Positions 18,174 to 27,730 of a DNA stretch of 59,107 bases are shown here, in pieces. The stretch is from an uncultured Defluviitaleaceae bacterium (GTDB lineage Bacteria > Bacillota > Clostridia > Lachnospirales > WRAX01). The first letter of the stretch is position 1. Every line of letters starts with the position of its first letter. The notes beneath the pieces are model-generated. The model was given only the letters and a program-made list of their open reading frames with translations. It was not told the DNA's origin and searched no databases. The translations under genes and the position numbers were made by a program. The stretch spans positions 1 to 59,107 of the forward strand of contig CAYVCG010000001.1 in NCBI GenBank assembly GCA_964449985.1, written 5' to 3'.

Positions 18174-18619
18174 CGGATTTGGGTGTTAGAATAAATATCT
18201 TAAAAGACGTTTTGGAGCAAAAGAAATCATCTTTAGAGCAAATATATAATATTTGTGAAAACGAAGAAATGCTCTCAAAGGAGCCCAATACTGCGATAAA
18301 GGCAGAAATGCTTAAAGGCATGGCGCTTGAAAAGCAGAACCTTATTGACAATGTGCTTCAATGTGATACTGTGTTTCAAAAATCCTTTGGAGAGATAAAG
18401 GATAATTTTGAGGCTAATGCAGCTTATTATGAAAACGACGTGAGATATTTACAAACCCTAATCAAACATATCGTTGAGCTTGATATAAAAATAAGGAATA
18501 AAGAAAGCGTTAATAAAGAAGTAATAACGCTTGGGCGTTTACCAGCAAGGCCAAAAACCGCCGCCGCAAAAAACTATATATTAAAGCAATACGAAAAAAA
18601 CAATAAAAAAAGACAATAA
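18170..18619 (+). CDS. Hypothetical coiled-coil protein
   Basis: 149-aa ORF whose ATG overlaps the deacetylase stop (ATGA). Helical, K/E/N-rich, with no recognisable motif. Confidence 0.6.
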   Translation: MTDLGVRINILKDVLEQKKSSLEQIYNICENEEMLSKEPNTAIKAEMLKGMALEKQNLIDNVLQCDTVFQKSFGEIKDNFEANAAYYENDVRYLQTLIKHIVELDIKIRNKESVNKEVITLGRLPARPKTAAAKNYILKQYEKNNKKRQ

Positions 18620-18755
18620 CAAAATATCATTTGGTCAAGGCGGATTTTCGTTTTGGCCAAAAGTTTTTTGACGATATTAATTAATTATATATATTTGCCG
18701 ATTACTTTATTGATAGACGTTATATGTACATAAATTAACGAAGGTGGTATTTGAT

Positions 18756-20939
18756 ATGAAGTGGTATAAAAATCTTGATGGGATAAATAAAAAATTTATT
18801 GTTCCTTTTGCTTTAATAATACTGTGTGGAATTATTATGTGCATTTTAGCGGCTTTAAGCATTTTTTCGGCTTCTTTTTCCCAAACCTCATTATACGGTG
18901 TACTTGCCATAGGCATTATAACTGTTATAGTTACTATTGCTGCATTTTTAATCTGCTCGCGAGTTGTCGTTAAGCCTTTGGAAAAGCTTAATGAACTGAC
19001 GGCTAGGGTGGCAGAAGGGGATTTGGATTGCCGTGTTCTTCTTAATGCACGGGATGAAATAGGTTTGCTTTCTTCAAATATTGATAAAATCGTTTCTAAT
19101 CTTATTCTTATTCAAACAGAATTAGAAAGCGTTTCGCCGGATCATCTTATACGGGAGGCTGAATATTCTGGCGGATATAAGGCTATTGTCTCGAGGATAA
19201 ACAGACTTGCATCTGACTATTCTAGAACAATAAATAATTTTTCGGAGACGCTTGCAAAAATTTCTGACGGAAGCATTTCCAAAGGCACTAACATTTTTGC
19301 GGCAACCGAGCATAAAGCGATTAATACGTTTATGGAAAACTTATGCGGCATTGGAGACGATATTAAAAGGATTGCAGACGCTTGCGCCGCCGGAGATATA
19401 AATGAAAGACTTGATATAAACAAATATAAAGGGCAATGGAAAAGTATATGCTTAAATGTTAACAACATTTTAAATGCTTTTGCCGAACCTCTTAAAGAAA
19501 CGATTGACGTTGTATCCGAAATTTCTGACGGAAATCTTGGCGCAACGATAAAAGGAAATTATCGCGGAAGTTATTTGGAACTTAAAAATGCTGTTAATTC
19601 AATTGCGTTAAAGGCTTCCTCTTGCAATAATGAAATTTCAAAAACTCTTGATAAATTGTGTGAACAGGATTTTGATATAATGCTTGCATCTGACTATGTT
19701 GGCGATTATAATCTGGTTAAACAATCACTAAATAAGGTTGTTGAAACATTTAACGCTATTTTAATAAAAATGAGGGAGTCTTCAAAGGATATAACTTCTG
19801 ACGCTATAGTTATCTCTCAAACCAGCTCTAGCCTATCACAAGGCGTTAGTACACAAAATGAAACAGTCGAAACACTTAATACATCTATCCAGAATATTAG
19901 CGTTAAAACAAAGCAGAATGCCGATATGGCAGAGAACTCTAACAGGCTTGCTTTGGCAGCCAAGGATTCTGCCGAATTAGGAAATGTTGAAATGACGAGC
20001 ATGATAGAAGCAATGAACAAGATAAATGAAGCCTCGGGCAATATCTCTAAAATAATAAAGGTTATAGAAGATATTGCCTTACAAACAAATCTGCTTGCGC
20101 TTAACGCCGCAGTTGAAGCTGCAAGGGCAGGTGCGCATGGAAAGGGATTCTCGGTTGTTGCAGAGCAGGTAAGAACGCTTGCTGAAAGAAGCCAATCGGC
20201 TGCGAAGGAATCATCTAGGTTTATTGAAAGCTCCTTTGAAAAGGTTAACAATGGGGTTAAAATAGCAAATGCAACAGCACAACGTCTTGATGATATAGTA
20301 TCTCAAATAAATGAGATATCAGATTTGATCAGTGGTGTTTCCAAATATTCGAGGGAACAGGCTGATTCAATAGAAATGGTTGCAAACGGAATATCAAGTA
20401 TTTCGGATATTACACGGCTTAACGCTTCTTTAAGCCAACAGTCTGCTGTTTCTTCAAATGCTCTGCTTAAAAACTCTCAGATGTTTGAGGAAATGTTTTC
20501 AGGATTCAAAGGCAAGTCGATAATTGATAAAAATAATGAGCCGCTGGCTATAAGCAAACCTGTTTTAGCGGATGGTTCTGTTCAAACACCGGCAAAGCCT
20601 GCTTCACCTATAAGTGGGAGATTTAAACCGGAAGTCGCAAAACAACCTGTGAAAACAGTTCCAAGACCGGATGTTTTGCCACTAAAGCCTACGTCTTCTA
20701 TTAAGCCTTTTTCTGCTAAGCCTTCTACTGTTAAACCTTTTCCGGCTAAGCAGGCAGATTCAAAACCTATGGTGCTAAATCCTGCGGGGAAAGTGAACCA
20801 TGAATCTACAATACGTCCGTCTTCTAATATAACGGAATTAAAACCTAAAACGCAAACCCAACAACAACTAGTACCTACAAAAAATACACCCCAGAATACA
20901 GTAAATATTTTTGATAAAAAGGATTTTGGAAAGTATTAA
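18756..20939 (+). CDS. Methyl-accepting chemotaxis protein with HAMP repeats and long Pro/Lys-rich C-terminal tail
   Basis: Highly conserved signalling hairpin [41 protein letters not shown] at 18756 after GAAGGTGG. Two TM segments. Confidence 0.92.
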   Translation: MKWYKNLDGINKKFIVPFALIILCGIIMCILAALSIFSASFSQTSLYGVLAIGIITVIVTIAAFLICSRVVVKPLEKLNELTARVAEGDLDCRVLLNARDEIGLLSSNIDKIVSNLILIQTELESVSPDHLIREAEYSGGYKAIVSRINRLASDYSRTINNFSETLAKISDGSISKGTNIFAATEHKAINTFMENLCGIGDDIKRIADACAAGDINERLDINKYKGQWKSICLNVNNILNAFAEPLKETIDVVSEISDGNLGATIKGNYRGSYLELKNAVNSIALKASSCNNEISKTLDKLCEQDFDIMLASDYVGDYNLVKQSLNKVVETFNAILIKMRESSKDITSDAIVISQTSSSLSQGVSTQNETVETLNTSIQNISVKTKQNADMAENSNRLALAAKDSAELGNVEMTSMIEAMNKINEASGNISKIIKVIEDIALQTNLLALNAAVEAARAGAHGKGFSVVAEQVRTLAERSQSAAKESSRFIESSFEKVNNGVKIANATAQRLDDIVSQINEISDLISGVSKYSREQADSIEMVANGISSISDITRLNASLSQQSAVSSNALLKNSQMFEEMFSGFKGKSIIDKNNEPLAISKPVLADGSVQTPAKPASPISGRFKPEVAKQPVKTVPRPDVLPLKPTSSIKPFSAKPSTVKPFPAKQADSKPMVLNPAGKVNHESTIRPSSNITELKPKTQTQQQLVPTKNTPQNTVNIFDKKDFGKY

Positions 20940-20960
20940 AATATTTTGAAGTATTATGGT

Positions 20961-20995
20961 AAAGGCCATCCGCGAAATAACGGATGGCCTTTTTA
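20961..20995. terminator. Bidirectional intrinsic terminator (MCP / hydA convergent)
   Basis: Perfect 12-bp stem AAAGGCCATCCG / CGGATGGCCTTT with A/T tracts on both sides. Confidence 0.85.
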
Positions 20996-20997
20996 TC

Positions 20998-22737
20998 TTA
21001 TAACTCTCTTTTTGTGTATTTAGTATGTAATAGGTGGTGAGCCTTTTCGCCCCCGGGTTCTCCAAGGAATTCGCTGTAAAGCTGTTGGATTTCCTTGTTT
21101 TCATGTGAATAACGAATCTCTTTCGATCTATCCTCATTATAAAGAACTTCTGCACGCTTTATAGTTGTTTCTGGGTTATTGCCATGATATGGTTGTCCAC
21201 CGCCGTTTACACAGCCGCCTGGGCAAGCCATAATTTCTATAGCATGGTAGGAAGCCTTTTTGTCACGAACTGATTCAAGAAGCTGCCTTGCATTTCCAAG
21301 ACCGTGAGCAACTGCTATTTTGATTTCTGTTCCGTTTATGTCATAAGACGCTTCTTTTATGCCTTCAATACCTCTAAGATCCTTGAACTCAACATCAGCC
21401 GGTTTGTTGCCTGTAAGCCAGAAGTAAGCGGTTCTTAAAGCAGCTTCAATAACGCCTCCGGTTGTTCCAAAGATAACGCTGGCGCCGGAAGATTCTCCCA
21501 TAACGCTGTCGAAATCCTCGTCTTGAAGCATATCAAAATTCATGCCAGCTTCTGTAACCATTTTTCCAAGCTCGCGAGTTGTAATAACATAGTCAACGTT
21601 TGCAAAATTTTTATCTGAAAGCTCTGGACGAGCCGCTTCATATTTTTTAGCAAGACAAGGCATGACGGAAACGACAACTACCTTGGATGGGTCTACGCCG
21701 AGTTTTTCCGCCAAGAATGTTTTAGCAATCGCTCCAAACATCTCGTGAGGAGATTTGCATGATGATGGAATATCAAGTAGTTCTGGGAATTGGTGCTCAA
21801 TAAACTTAACCCATGCTGGGCAGCAGCTTGTTAATATAGGCAATGTGCCATTGTTTTCAATACGGTGAATAAGCTCAGTTGCTTCTTCCATAATAGTAAG
21901 GTCTGCAGCGAAATCTGTATCATAAACCTTGTTGAAACCAAGGTGTCTAAGAGCGGATACCATTTTGCCTGTAACATTTGTACCTACAGGAAGGCCGAAA
22001 ACTTCGCCCAAAGCTGCACGAACGGCTGGAGCTGTTTGAACGATAACAAACTTGTCAGGATCGTTCAAAGCATCCCAAACTCTCTTTGTATTGTCTACTT
22101 GAGTAAGAGCTCCTGTTGGACAAACTGAAACGCATTGTCCGCAGAATGTACATGAAGTTTCAAGCATCGGATGGTCGAAGAACGTTCCGATAGTCGTGTC
22201 AAAACCGCGGTTAACTGCGGAATAAACGCCAACTGTTTGAACAGTGTTGCACATAGTTTCGCAACGGCGGCAAAGCACGCACTTGTTAGGGTCACGAATA
22301 AGGGAAAGGCTGGAAGTGTCTTTCTCAAAATCTGATCTTTTGCCGTGATAACGAACTTGGTCTACACCGATTTCTGCCGCAAGGCTTTGGAGCTCACAAT
22401 TTTGGTTTCTGGAACAAATCAAGCAATCATTTGGATGATTGGAAAGGAAGAGCTCAATCATCTTGCGGCGAGCCAAAACTGCTCTTTTTGAGCTAGTGTG
22501 AATGACCATGCCCTCTGTAACCTGAGTGTTACAAGCTGGGGCAAGGTTTTTACGCCCTTCTATTTCAACCATACAAACGCGGCAAGTCGCAACTTGGTTA
22601 ACCATCTTGATATCATGAAGGTTCAAATGGCACAAAGTCGGGATATGCAAGCCGCATAACTGAGCACAATCCAAAATGGTTGTGCCTGGTTCAACCTGTA
22701 TTGGTGTGTTATTTATGGTAACATTTATTAAACTCAT
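20998..22737 (-). CDS. hydA: [FeFe]-hydrogenase catalytic subunit HydA (multimeric, NADH/ferredoxin-dependent type)
   Basis: N-terminal 2Fe-2S and 4Fe-4S ferredoxin Cys motifs, H-cluster motifs TSCCPAW, MPCLAKK and CPGGC. Start at ATG 22737 after AGGAGG. Confidence 0.93.
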   Translation of the reverse strand: MSLINVTINNTPIQVEPGTTILDCAQLCGLHIPTLCHLNLHDIKMVNQVATCRVCMVEIEGRKNLAPACNTQVTEGMVIHTSSKRAVLARRKMIELFLSNHPNDCLICSRNQNCELQSLAAEIGVDQVRYHGKRSDFEKDTSSLSLIRDPNKCVLCRRCETMCNTVQTVGVYSAVNRGFDTTIGTFFDHPMLETSCTFCGQCVSVCPTGALTQVDNTKRVWDALNDPDKFVIVQTAPAVRAALGEVFGLPVGTNVTGKMVSALRHLGFNKVYDTDFAADLTIMEEATELIHRIENNGTLPILTSCCPAWVKFIEHQFPELLDIPSSCKSPHEMFGAIAKTFLAEKLGVDPSKVVVVSVMPCLAKKYEAARPELSDKNFANVDYVITTRELGKMVTEAGMNFDMLQDEDFDSVMGESSGASVIFGTTGGVIEAALRTAYFWLTGNKPADVEFKDLRGIEGIKEASYDINGTEIKIAVAHGLGNARQLLESVRDKKASYHAIEIMACPGGCVNGGGQPYHGNNPETTIKRAEVLYNEDRSKEIRYSHENKEIQQLYSEFLGEPGGEKAHHLLHTKYTKREL

Positions 22738-22748
22738 TTTTAAACCTC

Positions 22749-24542
22749 CTATTTCCGCACGATGGCTTTTGTCGGGCATTTTGTTTCACAAACGCCGCAT
22801 TTGATACATTTATCCTGATCAATAATGTGAGGCTTTTTGCGTTCGCCAGCTATACAGTTGACAGGACAGTTACGTGCGCATAATGTACAACCAATACATT
22901 TTTCAGGAATAACTTCATAAGTAAGAAGCTCCGTACAAGCGCCAGCAGGACATTTTTTATCAATAACGTGCGCTTTATATTCGTGTTCAAAGTATTTAAG
23001 CGTGGAAAGAACAGGGTTTGGAGCTGTTTGGCCAAGGCCGCATAAGGAGCAATCTATTATAACTTCGCCAAGCTTTTTAAGCTCTTGCAAATCGTTTTCA
23101 GTTCCTCTGCCTTCTGTAATGTCTTCCAAAATTTCTAAAAGACGTCTGTTACCGATACGGCAAGGCGTACATTTTCCGCAGCTTTCCTCAACAGTAAAGT
23201 CCAGATAGAATTTCGCTATGTTAACCATACAGTCGTCTTCATCCATAACGATAAGACCGCCGGAACCCATCATAGAACCAACATCTTTAAGTGATTCATA
23301 GTCGATAGGAAGGTCAAGAAGCTCTTCCGGAATACATCCGCCGGACGGGCCACCAGTTTGGATAGCCTTAAACTTTTTACCGTCTCTTATGCCTCCGCCG
23401 ATGTCAAAAATGATTTCTCTAATTGTTGTTCCCATAGGAACTTCGACAAGACCAACGTTGTTAATCTTTCCGGCCAAAGCGAATACTTTTGTTCCTTTTG
23501 AATTTTCTGTTCCAATGGAATTAAACCAATCGGCACCGTTTAAAAGGATTTGGCAAATATTTGCATATGTTTCAACGTTGTTGATGTTTGAAGGGCATTG
23601 CCATAAGCCTTTTTGAGCTGGGAACGGAGGTTTAACGCGCGGTTCTCCACGGCTTCCTTCGATTGAATTTATAAGAGCTGTTTCCTCACCGCAGACGAAT
23701 GCGCCTGCGCCAAGATTTATAGATAAATGGAAGCTAAAATCGCTGCCAAGAATATTGTCACCCAAAAGGCCAAGCTCTTCTGCTTGGGCAATAGCTATTT
23801 TAAGCCTTTCAACAGCCAAAGGATATTCTGCACGGATATAGATTACGCCTTCGTTTGCGCCGATGGCATAGCCGCAAATAGCCATAGCTTCTAAAACAGA
23901 GTGTGGGTCGCCTTCCAAAATGGATCTGTCCATAAATGCGCCTGGGTCGCCCTCGTCTGCATTACAAATAACGTATTTTTTATCGCCTGGGGATTTATGC
24001 GCAAATTCCCATTTCAAACCTGTTGGGAAACCTGCTCCTCCGCGGCCTCTTAAATTACTTTTCTTAATAACCTCAATAACTTCCATTGGAGTTTGATCAA
24101 AGATAGCAGTACCAAGAGCTTCGTAACCGCGAAGAGCTATGTAATCATCAATTTTCTCAGGGTCAATAATACCGCAGTTTTTAAGCGCGATACGAACCTG
24201 AGTTTTATAGAACGGAATATGTCTGTGCTCTGCTTCGTGATCACCTTTTTGAGGGTCTGTATATAAAAGGCGGTTTACTATTCTTCCTTTTATAACGTGC
24301 TCGTTTATGATTTCCTCAACGTCTGCAGCAGTAACCTTAACATAAAAAACGTTGTCAGGATAAACCTTTACAATAGGGCCTTGTTCACAAAAACCAAAGC
24401 ATCCTGTTTTCAAGATTTGGACATCACCTGCATAGCCTGTTGCTTTCAATTGGCTTTTAAAAGCGTCATAAACCGCTAAGCTCTCAGTTGAAACACAACC
24501 GGTTCCTCCGCATACTAATATATGCATTCTATATTTTTCCAT
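22749..24542 (-). CDS. hydB: NuoF-like flavoprotein subunit HydB (FMN/NAD-binding, Fe-S)
   Basis: 597 aa with GRGGAGFPTG FMN/NADH motif, N-terminal thioredoxin-like 2Fe-2S, and C-terminal 2x[4Fe-4S] CxxCxxCxxxCP. Confidence 0.93.
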   Translation of the reverse strand: MEKYRMHILVCGGTGCVSTESLAVYDAFKSQLKATGYAGDVQILKTGCFGFCEQGPIVKVYPDNVFYVKVTAADVEEIINEHVIKGRIVNRLLYTDPQKGDHEAEHRHIPFYKTQVRIALKNCGIIDPEKIDDYIALRGYEALGTAIFDQTPMEVIEVIKKSNLRGRGGAGFPTGLKWEFAHKSPGDKKYVICNADEGDPGAFMDRSILEGDPHSVLEAMAICGYAIGANEGVIYIRAEYPLAVERLKIAIAQAEELGLLGDNILGSDFSFHLSINLGAGAFVCGEETALINSIEGSRGEPRVKPPFPAQKGLWQCPSNINNVETYANICQILLNGADWFNSIGTENSKGTKVFALAGKINNVGLVEVPMGTTIREIIFDIGGGIRDGKKFKAIQTGGPSGGCIPEELLDLPIDYESLKDVGSMMGSGGLIVMDEDDCMVNIAKFYLDFTVEESCGKCTPCRIGNRRLLEILEDITEGRGTENDLQELKKLGEVIIDCSLCGLGQTAPNPVLSTLKYFEHEYKAHVIDKKCPAGACTELLTYEVIPEKCIGCTLCARNCPVNCIAGERKKPHIIDQDKCIKCGVCETKCPTKAIVRK

Positions 24543-24934
24543 TATCGGGGAACCTCCTTGCTAATGATTGAATCTTCTATAAATATACCTTGCATAACGT
24601 GCTTGTCTACAATTTGTTTTGCAAGAGCAGAGTCTACATTGCCGTATCTAATAGGCTCTTTGCCCGGCATACGCACTTCAACAAGAGGCTCTGCATAGCA
24701 AAAACCGAGACAGCCAGTTGCGACAACTGAAACGTTTTCAAGCCCTTTAGCCGAGATTTCGTCTAAAAGAGCAACCATTGTATCTCTTGCGCCTGCGGCG
24801 ATTCCACATGTTGCCATACCTACTGCAAGCACTATTCTGTCAGGATTCTCACCCGTTGTTCTGATAGAAGTGGCCTCGTTGGCGCGCTCCCTAATTTTTC
24901 TAAGCTCATCTAAAGATTTGATTTTACTCATCAT
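24542..24934 (-). CDS. Small thioredoxin-like [2Fe-2S] ferredoxin subunit (HydD-like)
   Basis: Cys pattern ATCGIAAG...GCLGFC. Lies between the NuoE-like and NuoF-like genes. Its stop overlaps the hydB ATG. Start uncertain (24934 or 24931). Confidence 0.75.
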   Translation of the reverse strand: MMSKIKSLDELRKIRERANEATSIRTTGENPDRIVLAVGMATCGIAAGARDTMVALLDEISAKGLENVSVVATGCLGFCYAEPLVEVRMPGKEPIRYGNVDSALAKQIVDKHVMQGIFIEDSIISKEVPR

Positions 24935-25427
24935 CTCCACCGCCCTTTGCCATGTATTCTTCAACTATTTTATTAACATCATCCGTCGTTACTCTGCCAT
25001 AAACCTTGCCGTTTACGGAGACGACCGGCGCAAGACCACAAGCGCCTACGCAGCGGATGCCATCAAGAGAAAACATCATATCTTTTGATGTTTCGCCCTG
25101 TCCTATCTCTAAGTGCTTTTTAAATTCATCAAGAATAGATTGAGCACCGCGGACGAAACATGCTGTTCCCATACAAACAGCAACTTTGTATTTACCTTTT
25201 GGATTGATATTAAAGAATGAATAGAAAGTAACAACCCCATAGACTTTTGACGAGGGGATCTCTAGCTTGTGAGCCACGTGATTCTGCACCTCGTAAGGCA
25301 AATAACCTATAAGATCCTGAGCTTTGTGTAAAACAGTGATAAGCTTTCCGTCTTTATTTGGAAGGCTATCGATATACGCATCGAGCTCTTTAAGTTTTGC
25401 AGAGAAATCTTTTGCTTCAACCTGCAT
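24924..25427 (-). CDS. hydC: NuoE-like [2Fe-2S] subunit HydC
   Basis: 167 aa with CMGTACFVRG...CVGACGLAP, the NuoE-type Cys motif. AGGAGG RBS. Confidence 0.9.
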   Translation of the reverse strand: MQVEAKDFSAKLKELDAYIDSLPNKDGKLITVLHKAQDLIGYLPYEVQNHVAHKLEIPSSKVYGVVTFYSFFNINPKGKYKVAVCMGTACFVRGAQSILDEFKKHLEIGQGETSKDMMFSLDGIRCVGACGLAPVVSVNGKVYGRVTTDDVNKIVEEYMAKGGGDDE

Positions 25428-25562
25428 ATTTAAAGCTCCTCCTTTGAAAATAATTTTGTGGACAATGAGTCACATATAAACGGTTACTTTGTTGTATATT
25501 TCTACAAAAAATAACCTAACTTTTTTATTATATATTATATCTGTTAAGTTGTCCAATAAAAT

Positions 25563-25580
25563 TTGTTATGAAAATAACAT
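25563..25580. promoter_or_regulatory. Candidate Rex (redox repressor) operator upstream of the hyd operon
   Basis: TTGTTAT-GAAA-ATAACAT is an 18-bp inverted repeat close to the Rex consensus as I recall it (TTGTTAA-N4-TTAACAA). It sits just upstream of a putative -35 of the hydC promoter. Confidence 0.35.
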
Positions 25581-25662
25581 GTGTATTGCTTTACATTTTC
25601 AACACAATATATTATACTTTTTTAAACTATTATATTTTGCATAAAAAAGAAGGATAGGGTAT

Positions 25663-27507
25663 ATGAAATTAAAACAACTATTTTGTAAAAATATAGTTCT
25701 TAATCTATTATTTTCTTGGGTTTTGCTTTTTATTGCCGCGATAGCGCTGACTTCAGTTATGCTATTATTGCAGGTGAATGGCACTCAGGCGCTTAAACTA
25801 GCGCTTTTTTCTAATCCGTTAATACTGGTTTTGAATTTATTGCCAGTATTGTTGTTTATGGTGTTGCTATTTTTTGCAACGGGAAATCTGGTTATTTCCG
25901 TTGGAGTTGTGGGATTTATTGCCATAGTAATGTCTATCGTAAACAGATTTAAAATGATATTTCGCAATGATCCATTTATGCCATGGGATATTATGCTGGG
26001 CGGAGAGGTTATGGGCATATCGAAAAGTTTCAGCCCAAAGCTTATTATAGGCACAGCATTGGGGATTTTGCTTATTATTGCCGTTATCGTTTTTGCATTT
26101 ATCTTCATTAAGAATAAAAATATGAATGTTTTAGTGCGCGTTGGTGGTTCTGTTTTGACTGTTGTGGTTATGATTGTTTGCAACAGCCTTCTATATTCTA
26201 ATGCCGGAATAAACGCAAATATGCAAGTCATTGGCAACATTTATAATCAAATGGATCAATACAATTCTAAAGGCTTTTTATACCAGTTTATTTATACATA
26301 TAATACAGGCAAAATAACGATGCCTAAGGATTATGATGAAAGCAAAATTGCAGATTTGTCTGGCAATATGAATATATCTGACAGTGTTAGAGCGCAGAAA
26401 AAGCCACATGTGATTTTGATTTTGGGTGAGGCTTTTTCGGAAATTCCTTCAAGCCATGTATTAAATTATGAAGGGTTTGATGATCCACTTGAAAACTATA
26501 AGGCTATAAAGGCTGAGTCTGACAGTGGATTTCTCGTCGTTCCGAATGTTGGCGGAGGAACAGCGGATACGGAGTTTGATATACTGACGGGCATAAATAC
26601 TAGAAATTTTCGTGGTATGCCGTATTCCAACATGCTCATAACGAAAAATATGAACGGTTTGCCAAATATACTCAAGCAGCTTGGATATAAAACAGCCGCT
26701 TTGCATCCCGGGTATGATTGGTTTTATAATCGTCAAAACGTATTTCCATTTTTGGGATTCGAAACGTTTACCTCGATTTCAAGCTTTAATGAGGCTGATA
26801 ACAAGGGCATGTATATCAATGAAAAGGTTACTTATGACCGCATAATTGATGACTTTAACGATCATTTAAAACAAAACAGCAGCAGCGATCCTTTATTTGA
26901 GCTTGTTATTACGATACAAAACCATGGGCCGTATGAGGGCAAATATGGTTCGTTGGCTGAGAAAAACTTTAATTCTAGCGAACCGCTTGACGAGAGAGAT
27001 GAAAATGCACTGTCAAATTATTTGCTGGGTGTTTCTGATATGGATGAGCAGCTCGGCAGGTTGGTTGATGAAATGAAAAACTCTGATGAACCTGTTGTTA
27101 TCGCTTATTTTGGGGATCATCTTCCGGCATTGAGCTATAATCTATATGATATCCTTTTGCCCAATCCGAATGACACTCCGATTATTGAGAGACTTAGGCT
27201 ATATCGAACGCCTTATTTTATATGGTCAAACGATGCTGCAAAATTGCTTCTAAACGATAACGCAACCATCCCTAATGATATGTCGTCATTCTATTTTGGA
27301 GTAACTTTGTTGGATTATTTGGGCTTTGGGGATGTTGAACCATTTTTTTCCTATTTAAATACTCTTAAAAACGAGATTCCAATAATACTTGAAAACGAAT
27401 ATGTTACAGGTGACGCAATCGTTAATAAAAATGATAAAGAAAACGAGAGGGAAAATCTGTATGAACAATGGTCTTATTACAGGGTGTTCAGCAGCTATGA
27501 TGAATAG
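25663..27507 (+). CDS. LTA synthase-family (sulfatase/alkaline-phosphatase superfamily) membrane protein
   Basis: 614 aa with ~5 N-terminal TM helices and an extracytoplasmic sulfatase-like domain (ILGEAFSE, GGTADTEF, YFGDHLP). Confidence 0.8.
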   Translation: MKLKQLFCKNIVLNLLFSWVLLFIAAIALTSVMLLLQVNGTQALKLALFSNPLILVLNLLPVLLFMVLLFFATGNLVISVGVVGFIAIVMSIVNRFKMIFRNDPFMPWDIMLGGEVMGISKSFSPKLIIGTALGILLIIAVIVFAFIFIKNKNMNVLVRVGGSVLTVVVMIVCNSLLYSNAGINANMQVIGNIYNQMDQYNSKGFLYQFIYTYNTGKITMPKDYDESKIADLSGNMNISDSVRAQKKPHVILILGEAFSEIPSSHVLNYEGFDDPLENYKAIKAESDSGFLVVPNVGGGTADTEFDILTGINTRNFRGMPYSNMLITKNMNGLPNILKQLGYKTAALHPGYDWFYNRQNVFPFLGFETFTSISSFNEADNKGMYINEKVTYDRIIDDFNDHLKQNSSSDPLFELVITIQNHGPYEGKYGSLAEKNFNSSEPLDERDENALSNYLLGVSDMDEQLGRLVDEMKNSDEPVVIAYFGDHLPALSYNLYDILLPNPNDTPIIERLRLYRTPYFIWSNDAAKLLLNDNATIPNDMSSFYFGVTLLDYLGFGDVEPFFSYLNTLKNEIPIILENEYVTGDAIVNKNDKENERENLYEQWSYYRVFSSYDE

Positions 27508-27521
27508 TTATTAAGCTTTTA

Positions 27522-27572
27522 AAAACGTTGATTATACGTTCCTTTTGGCAACATATTTAATCAGCGTTTTTT
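27522..27572 (+). terminator. Intrinsic terminator after the LtaS-family gene
   Basis: Stem AAAACGTTGATTA / TAATCAGCGTTTT (one G-U pair) with a large loop, followed by a T6 tract. Confidence 0.5.
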
Positions 27573-27730
27573 GTTGTAAAGAAAAAAATTGGATCAGGTG
27601 TGTAGAAAAATTGACAATATAACTGTTAAATATTTTACGTTGAGTTTATATATATCGTATTGCTTGATTTGTCGTTTTTTGCTATTATATTATTTGGGAT
27701 TTTATTGTTAGCAGATATGGAGGACTTGAT

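Noticed and set aside
25456-25475. Second Rex-like inverted repeat TTGTGGACAATGAGTCACAT just upstream of the hydC RBS.
   Set aside because: The half-sites are spaced 2 nt wider than the 18-bp Rex consensus as I recall it, so this is probably coincidental. It is worth keeping in mind only if a PWM scan supports it.
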